Assembly (NCBI GenBank): GCA_964016885.1
Contig: CAXHJY010000665.1
Coordinates: forward strand, 1-64,000
Direction: 5' to 3'
Length of the DNA stretch: 64,000 nt
Source: Eledone cirrhosa
Taxonomy: Eukaryota
The position numbers and the translations under genes were made by a program. Numbering within the stretch: the stretch's first letter is position 1; every line of letters begins with the position of its first letter. Under the pieces are notes generated by a model. The model ran no database searches. It worked only from the letters and a program-made list of their open reading frames with translations, and was not told the DNA's origin. Below are positions 58,323 through 64,000 of this stretch, one piece after another.

Positions 58323-58900
58323 TTTTACTTATAATATTTCTATTTATTTCCATAACAATCTTATCCAATTGATTTTAATATATTGATATCTCTAAATCAT
58401 AATATCTATAACATTTGCTATAATTCCACTTCTTAAAGTTTCATAAAATATATACATATATAATTCTAATTTTTAAAAATTTTAATTTTAATTTTAATTG
58501 TAATTTTAATCTTAATAATTTTTAATTCTTTATTTTTATTTCTTTAATTTTTATTTCTTTTAAAAATTACTTATCTCTTATAAATTATTTAAAAAAAATG
58601 TTTTCTCAAATTTTTAATATTTTTTCAATATCTTTTATTAGATCTATAACCAATAATTGATTCTGGCTAAATATATCTTTCAACATTTATTCTTATTATG
58701 AGTAAATAGTCTTACTAACGAATAAATAAATTAAACAGTTTTTCCGTGTCTTCCCATTTTAAAATATATAAATATAAATATTCTTATTAACTCAGTTAAT
58801 TTAATTTAATTTAACTTAATATTTACTTACATTAAATACAAAACCAATATCCCTCATAACTCATTAAAACAATTATCTATAACATGATATACCCATCTAT

Positions 58901-58931
<31 letters not shown>

Positions 58932-59405
58932 TCTACTTATAACAGAAAATATTATATTATAAACGAATTTTAAACAACTGATAATCGTAAACACACGTAC
59001 TATTAAGATATATACTTAGGATATATTTCCCCCAAATTAACGTAATATGAGTTTTATTCATCCTCACTTGTTTATTTCTTCTCTCTCGAACTATTTTTAT
59101 CTTTGTCCCCTTATATCTTCACTCTCTCTTTCTTCAGTGTCGTTTAAATAAAGGGTTGTTTTTCAATTATTTACATATTCATTTGCATATTCACACATAA
59201 GTTTGAATAATCCCTAATATATTTCCACTATCCAGTGAATTTCCAACCGATAAGGTATGATTTTCATGGGTATGTCTCTATTTATGAAACAAACTTTGTA
59301 TTTTACCTGACGAAAGCGTACCAATGATGTCTTGGTACCCTTGAAATATATATAATAAAATAAATATGGTTTTATAAATATAGTTTCCATCCATTTATTT
59401 AATAT

Positions 59406-59410
<5 letters not shown>
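57934..59410 (+). mobile_element. 5'-truncated PLE: EN remnant, ~1-kb AT-rich 3'UTR, family A HHR end
   Basis: One block between two (TA)n runs; HHR TATTTTAC-CTGACGA-..GTACCAA..TTGGTAC..-GAAA-T-ATAT-A-TA/ATAAAATA at ~59299-59362. Confidence 0.75.
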
Positions 59411-59458
<48 letters not shown>

Positions 59459-59470
59459 AATTTATATATA

Positions 59471-59882
59471 TATAAACGTTTGTATATGTATAATAAAGCC
59501 AAAACAATGCAGGTATGGACATAGAATAAAGAATGCAAATGCAAAAGATATTGTTGACAATTAGTGTTTTACCTTAGATTTATTTAAATGTCCTTAATTT
59601 TCGAGATAATATCTCTTCTTCGGAGGGAAGTAAAGCGGCATGACTTGGCAAGCTATTTAGAACACAGGTTTAACCGCTTTACTTCCCTCCGAAGAAGAGA
59701 TATTATCTTGAAAAGTAAGGACATTTAAATAAATCTAAGGTAAAAGACTAATTGTCAACAATATCTTTTGCATTTGCATTCTTTATTCTATGTCCATACC
59801 TGCATTGTTTTGGCTTTATTATACATATACACACGTTTATACCTCATTACACAATGCTTCAAGCGAACTATAACTTCCTCCA
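59471..59882 (+). mobile_element. PLE-like fold-back element, family G (168-bp arms)
   Basis: Arms 59471-59638 and 59674-59841; variant HHR core CCT-CCGAAGA-A-GAGAT..ATCTY-GAAA; TA flanks. Confidence 0.7.
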
Positions 59883-59918
59883 TATATATATATATATATG
59901 TATATATATATGTATATA

Positions 59919-59978
59919 TACAATGATATTAAATAAATGGAAACTATATTTGTAAAACCATATTTATTTTATTATATT
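59919..59978 (-). mobile_element. Family A fragment
   Basis: CAATGATATTAAATAAATGGAAACTATATTTG. Confidence 0.65.
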
Positions 59979-59993
59979 TATATATGTATATTA

Positions 59994-60055
<62 letters not shown>

Positions 60056-60180
60056 TAAGTATGTATACGTACATACATATATGTATACAGACGGAGAGTA
60101 GTAGGTATATACATACATACATGCACACATATATATATGTACGTATGGGTTTACCGAACATTTATTATAATGTTCGGTTT

Positions 60181-60248
<68 letters not shown>

Positions 60249-60270
60249 GTATATATATATATATGTATAT

Positions 60271-60486
60271 AAGTTATTCCGGGTTGTAACCACAGTAAGG
60301 TACTCAATAATCTTAACAGTTCTAGTCCTGTAGAATCTCACATATATATATATATATTCCTGATGATTTCTAATGAATGAAACAGTTCTAGTCCTGTAGA
60401 ATCTCATGTATATTAAAACTGTTATACTCTGCTATGTATTGAGTACCTTACTTACTGTGGTTACCTCCGATTCAACCCGGAATAAC

Positions 60487-60487
<1 letters not shown>
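60271..60487 (+). mobile_element. Family B copies; HHR at 60356-60402
   Basis: ATTC-CTGATGA-T-TTC-TAAT-GAA-T-GAAA-CAG-TTCTAGTC-CTG-TA/GAAT. Confidence 0.8.
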
Positions 60488-60569
<82 letters not shown>

Positions 60570-60901
60570 TATATACATATACATATACATATATATATAT
60601 ATATATATGTGTGTATATATGTATATATATATATATATCCATATATATATACATATATATATATATACATATATATGTATATGCATATATATCTATCTAT
60701 ATATACATATAATGGATTACCTTAAACAATATCTTGTTAACTTATGTGTATGTGTGTGTGTGTGTATATATATATATATACACACATATCTGTGTGCGCG
60801 CGTATGTGTGTACGCGCAAAAGGCAAACATAAATAAGAAAGCAAACGATACAGTACAATGAATAAATTTGTAAGTTTTACACTTGATATTGTATAAAAAG
60901 A

Positions 60902-60939
60902 ATCTTAACATTTCAGCTGCTAGCCCTTCATCAGAAAAT
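60902..60939 (-). ncRNA. Minimal HHR-like motif in a probable PLE 3' end (~60820-61230)
   Basis: ATTTT-CTGATGA-AGGGCTAGCAGCT-GAAA-TG-TT/AAGAT. Confidence 0.5.
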
Positions 60940-62209
60940 AGAATGAGGAATTAAAGAAGAAATAGAAAGGTAAATAAAAGTGAGACATGGTAGAAACGAA
61001 AAACGAAAAATAAATTCACGTCACCATCGCTAGGAAAACTGTTGAGCGTTGGTATATAAGAGATTCAGTTGAACTTGTTTTAAAAGGCGTTGATCGAAGG
61101 CGTCTGATTGATAAGGAATAAAATGGTCTTGTATATAGAGTGTCTGTGAGATTTTTGTTGTTGTTTTCTGTTCGAAGCTAAGAGGATATGTGTGCGAATA
61201 TATAAGTTTAAAAGACAGTGTGTTTGTATATATATCAAATATATATATATGTGTGTGTACATATGCAGTTTATATATAATATCGTCCTTTTTTAAATGTA
61301 TCATGGATTACTTTACTGATTACAGAAGACAGTGTAACTTAGACTTCGTTCAATTTCTGTGTATATTGTCAATTATGATTTTATTTGATGTATCATATCT
61401 ACATGCATATATATTTGTGCATAATATCAATATACACACTACACATGCTATAAGAAAACCATATTATATATTATTGTTAAGTTTTAAGTCTTGTTACTCA
61501 ATAGATTTATCTGTGTATTCAGACGAGGATTATAAAAGTTTCTTAAGATAAAGGAATAAAATGATTAAAACATAAAATAGTCTCACTGTTTTAGGAAAGC
61601 TGGCATAATGCAGGTTAGAAATAGTAGAGTGAAACGTAGAGTAAAGCAAGGAAAACAAAATATAACGTCTTTTACAACGTACTTCGTGATAATTCGAGCT
61701 TAAGAGCTCTTTTTCAGACGAAAGTAAATGGCGTGATAATTTTAAAGAAATGCAGGCATGAACACTGCACTCCTTTAAAAAACAAGTCCTAACCTTCAGA
61801 TAACATAAAATATTGAGTAAAAGTGTAAACTATGGAGAGTAAAATAATGTAGTTAAAACGTAGAATTATGAGATATGTAAATTATCGATCTGTTGTTTTC
61901 GTTAGATTTTCTTAAAGTAAGTTTCACTTTTGACAACCTTTAACTCCATAGCATTAGCTAACCAGCCTGAAGATTACCAAACATCTACGGATTCTAAGAA
62001 TCTACATCGCTGGATGTATATGCGATTGAGCGTGTGTGTGTATATGTGTGTGAACGTATGTATGTGTGTGTGAGTGAGCGGAGTGTGTGTGTGTATGTGA
62101 GCGGCGTCTGTTTGTGTGCCTGTTTGTGTGTGAATTTGTATATATACAATATGAATATATAAGCATATATATACATATGTAATGAGTATAGCACAATACG
62201 TTTAAAATG

Positions 62210-62272
<63 letters not shown>

Positions 62273-62313
62273 TATATGTATATATACATATATGTATATA
62301 TATATACACACAC

Positions 62314-62346
<33 letters not shown>

Positions 62347-62459
62347 CACATATATATACATACATATATATATATATATGCATGTATATATATATATATG
62401 TATGTATATATATGTATATATGTATGTATATATATATATATATGTATAAGTGTATGTAC

Positions 62460-62514
<55 letters not shown>

Positions 62515-62531
62515 TAGAGAACACATACACA

Positions 62532-62581
<50 letters not shown>

Positions 62582-62970
62582 TATTCTTCCTCACACTCTG
62601 TATATATATATATATATATATATGTATATGTGTATTTGAGTTGGGGTGTTTTCAATTTATTCGATATTATACAATCAACCACTACCAACACCACCACCAC
62701 CACCGCCGCCCTCACCACCATCCCCCACACCACCAGTAGGAGCATCACCATTATTTCACCATGCACTTTTCAGCGAGATGCAGTAGAGTGTTGCAGCCTG
62801 CAAATATTCCACATCAAAATACAGCGCTAACGAGGCGTGAAGAATCCTGCATGGTGAGCTGTCATTTCTGTGTTGTTTGTCTACCCAGGCAGTCTATATA
62901 AACATACCGTGCCACACTGTATGCTGAGGAAACATCGCTTGTGTTCGCATATATTGCGGTTATATATGTA

Positions 62971-63020
<50 letters not shown>

Positions 63021-63086
63021 CATATATGTTTGCTTGTGTGTGGTGTAAATATGAATGTATATATATACATACATATATATATATAC

Positions 63087-63147
<61 letters not shown>

Positions 63148-63443
63148 CATATATATATATATATATACATGTACATATACTATTATTAAATAATAGAATA
63201 TGTAATTGTACACCTTGTATTGAATCCTTTTTTTGTTACTACTTTTGTTCTTGGATATTAAGGAAACATTATAGATACATATATATATATATGTGTGTGT
63301 GTGACGGAGAGAGAGTGTCTGTGTGCGTGCGTGTGTGTGTGCGTGTCTGTTTGCGTGTGGGGGATTGTGAATCATATCTACCCACACATATATCGAAATA
63401 GATATGAAAATATTTATACACACATACACACCCATAAACACAC

Positions 63444-63543
<100 letters not shown>

Positions 63544-63648
63544 ACACAGACACATATATATATATATGTATTTATAAGCACCGATCTGTTGTTACAGTAT
63601 AAGTGAAGCGAAAAGACAAATCACAAATTTTCAAAATTACCCTCCCCC

Positions 63649-63695
<47 letters not shown>

Positions 63696-64000
63696 TATAA
63701 ATATCCACAAATCGAAACGTAAATAAATAAAAAAAAAACCACAAAAAAAAAAAACAATAAAAAATAAATTTATAAAAAAAATTAAATAAAAACTAAACAA
63801 TAATAAAATAAAAATGAACATCGTCTACCGGAAGTTGCGTGAATGTTATATAAGCTAGCGGGAAGTCGAAGAAACTGCGCAGAGGTGCAGGACTGTGAAG
63901 TCAAGTAAATATTGTGTTTGTTTATAGGTGAAGTTAAGACAGTGTTACTGAGTAAAGCAGTCGTACTCGAGTTCATGTCATGCACTCAGCGTCTAACTAT

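Noticed and set aside
59255-59295. Possible SECIS element upstream of the family A HHR (some Naiad PLEs are reported to use selenocysteine)
   Set aside because: ATGA-led hairpin lacks the apical AA and the 3' GA of the kink-turn; the in-frame stop in the EN remnant is TAA, not TGA

Overview
AT-rich, microsatellite-saturated animal DNA. An octopus/cephalopod origin is inferred from the SINE families, the 5S sequence and (TTAGGG)n; it cannot be proven here. No host protein-coding exon is supportable, and nearly all ORF-track entries are translations of (TA)/(CA)/(CTAT)/trinucleotide repeats. Real content: (1) a young 5'-truncated Tx1/L1-clade LINE with an open RT ORF (8806-11148) embedded in (CTAT)n, plus four 3'-end fragments, two in (CTAT)n and two of an (ATT)n-associated sister family; (2) about 20 copies of a tRNA-headed SINE with ATT-starting target-site duplications; (3) a full-length 5S rRNA copy fused directly to one of these SINEs; (4) degraded Penelope-like (PLE) RT and GIY-YIG coding remnants; (5) most notably, at least 10 unrelated families of short elements sitting in (TA)n that carry type I hammerhead ribozyme (HHR) motifs. 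These are often arranged as fold-back inverted repeats whose turning point lies in or near the ribozyme, and one family is physically linked to a GIY-YIG endonuclease remnant; (6) a 1.5-kb interstitial telomeric array, a non-autonomous Helitron and minisatellites. All structures were read by eye; no folding or database search was run.
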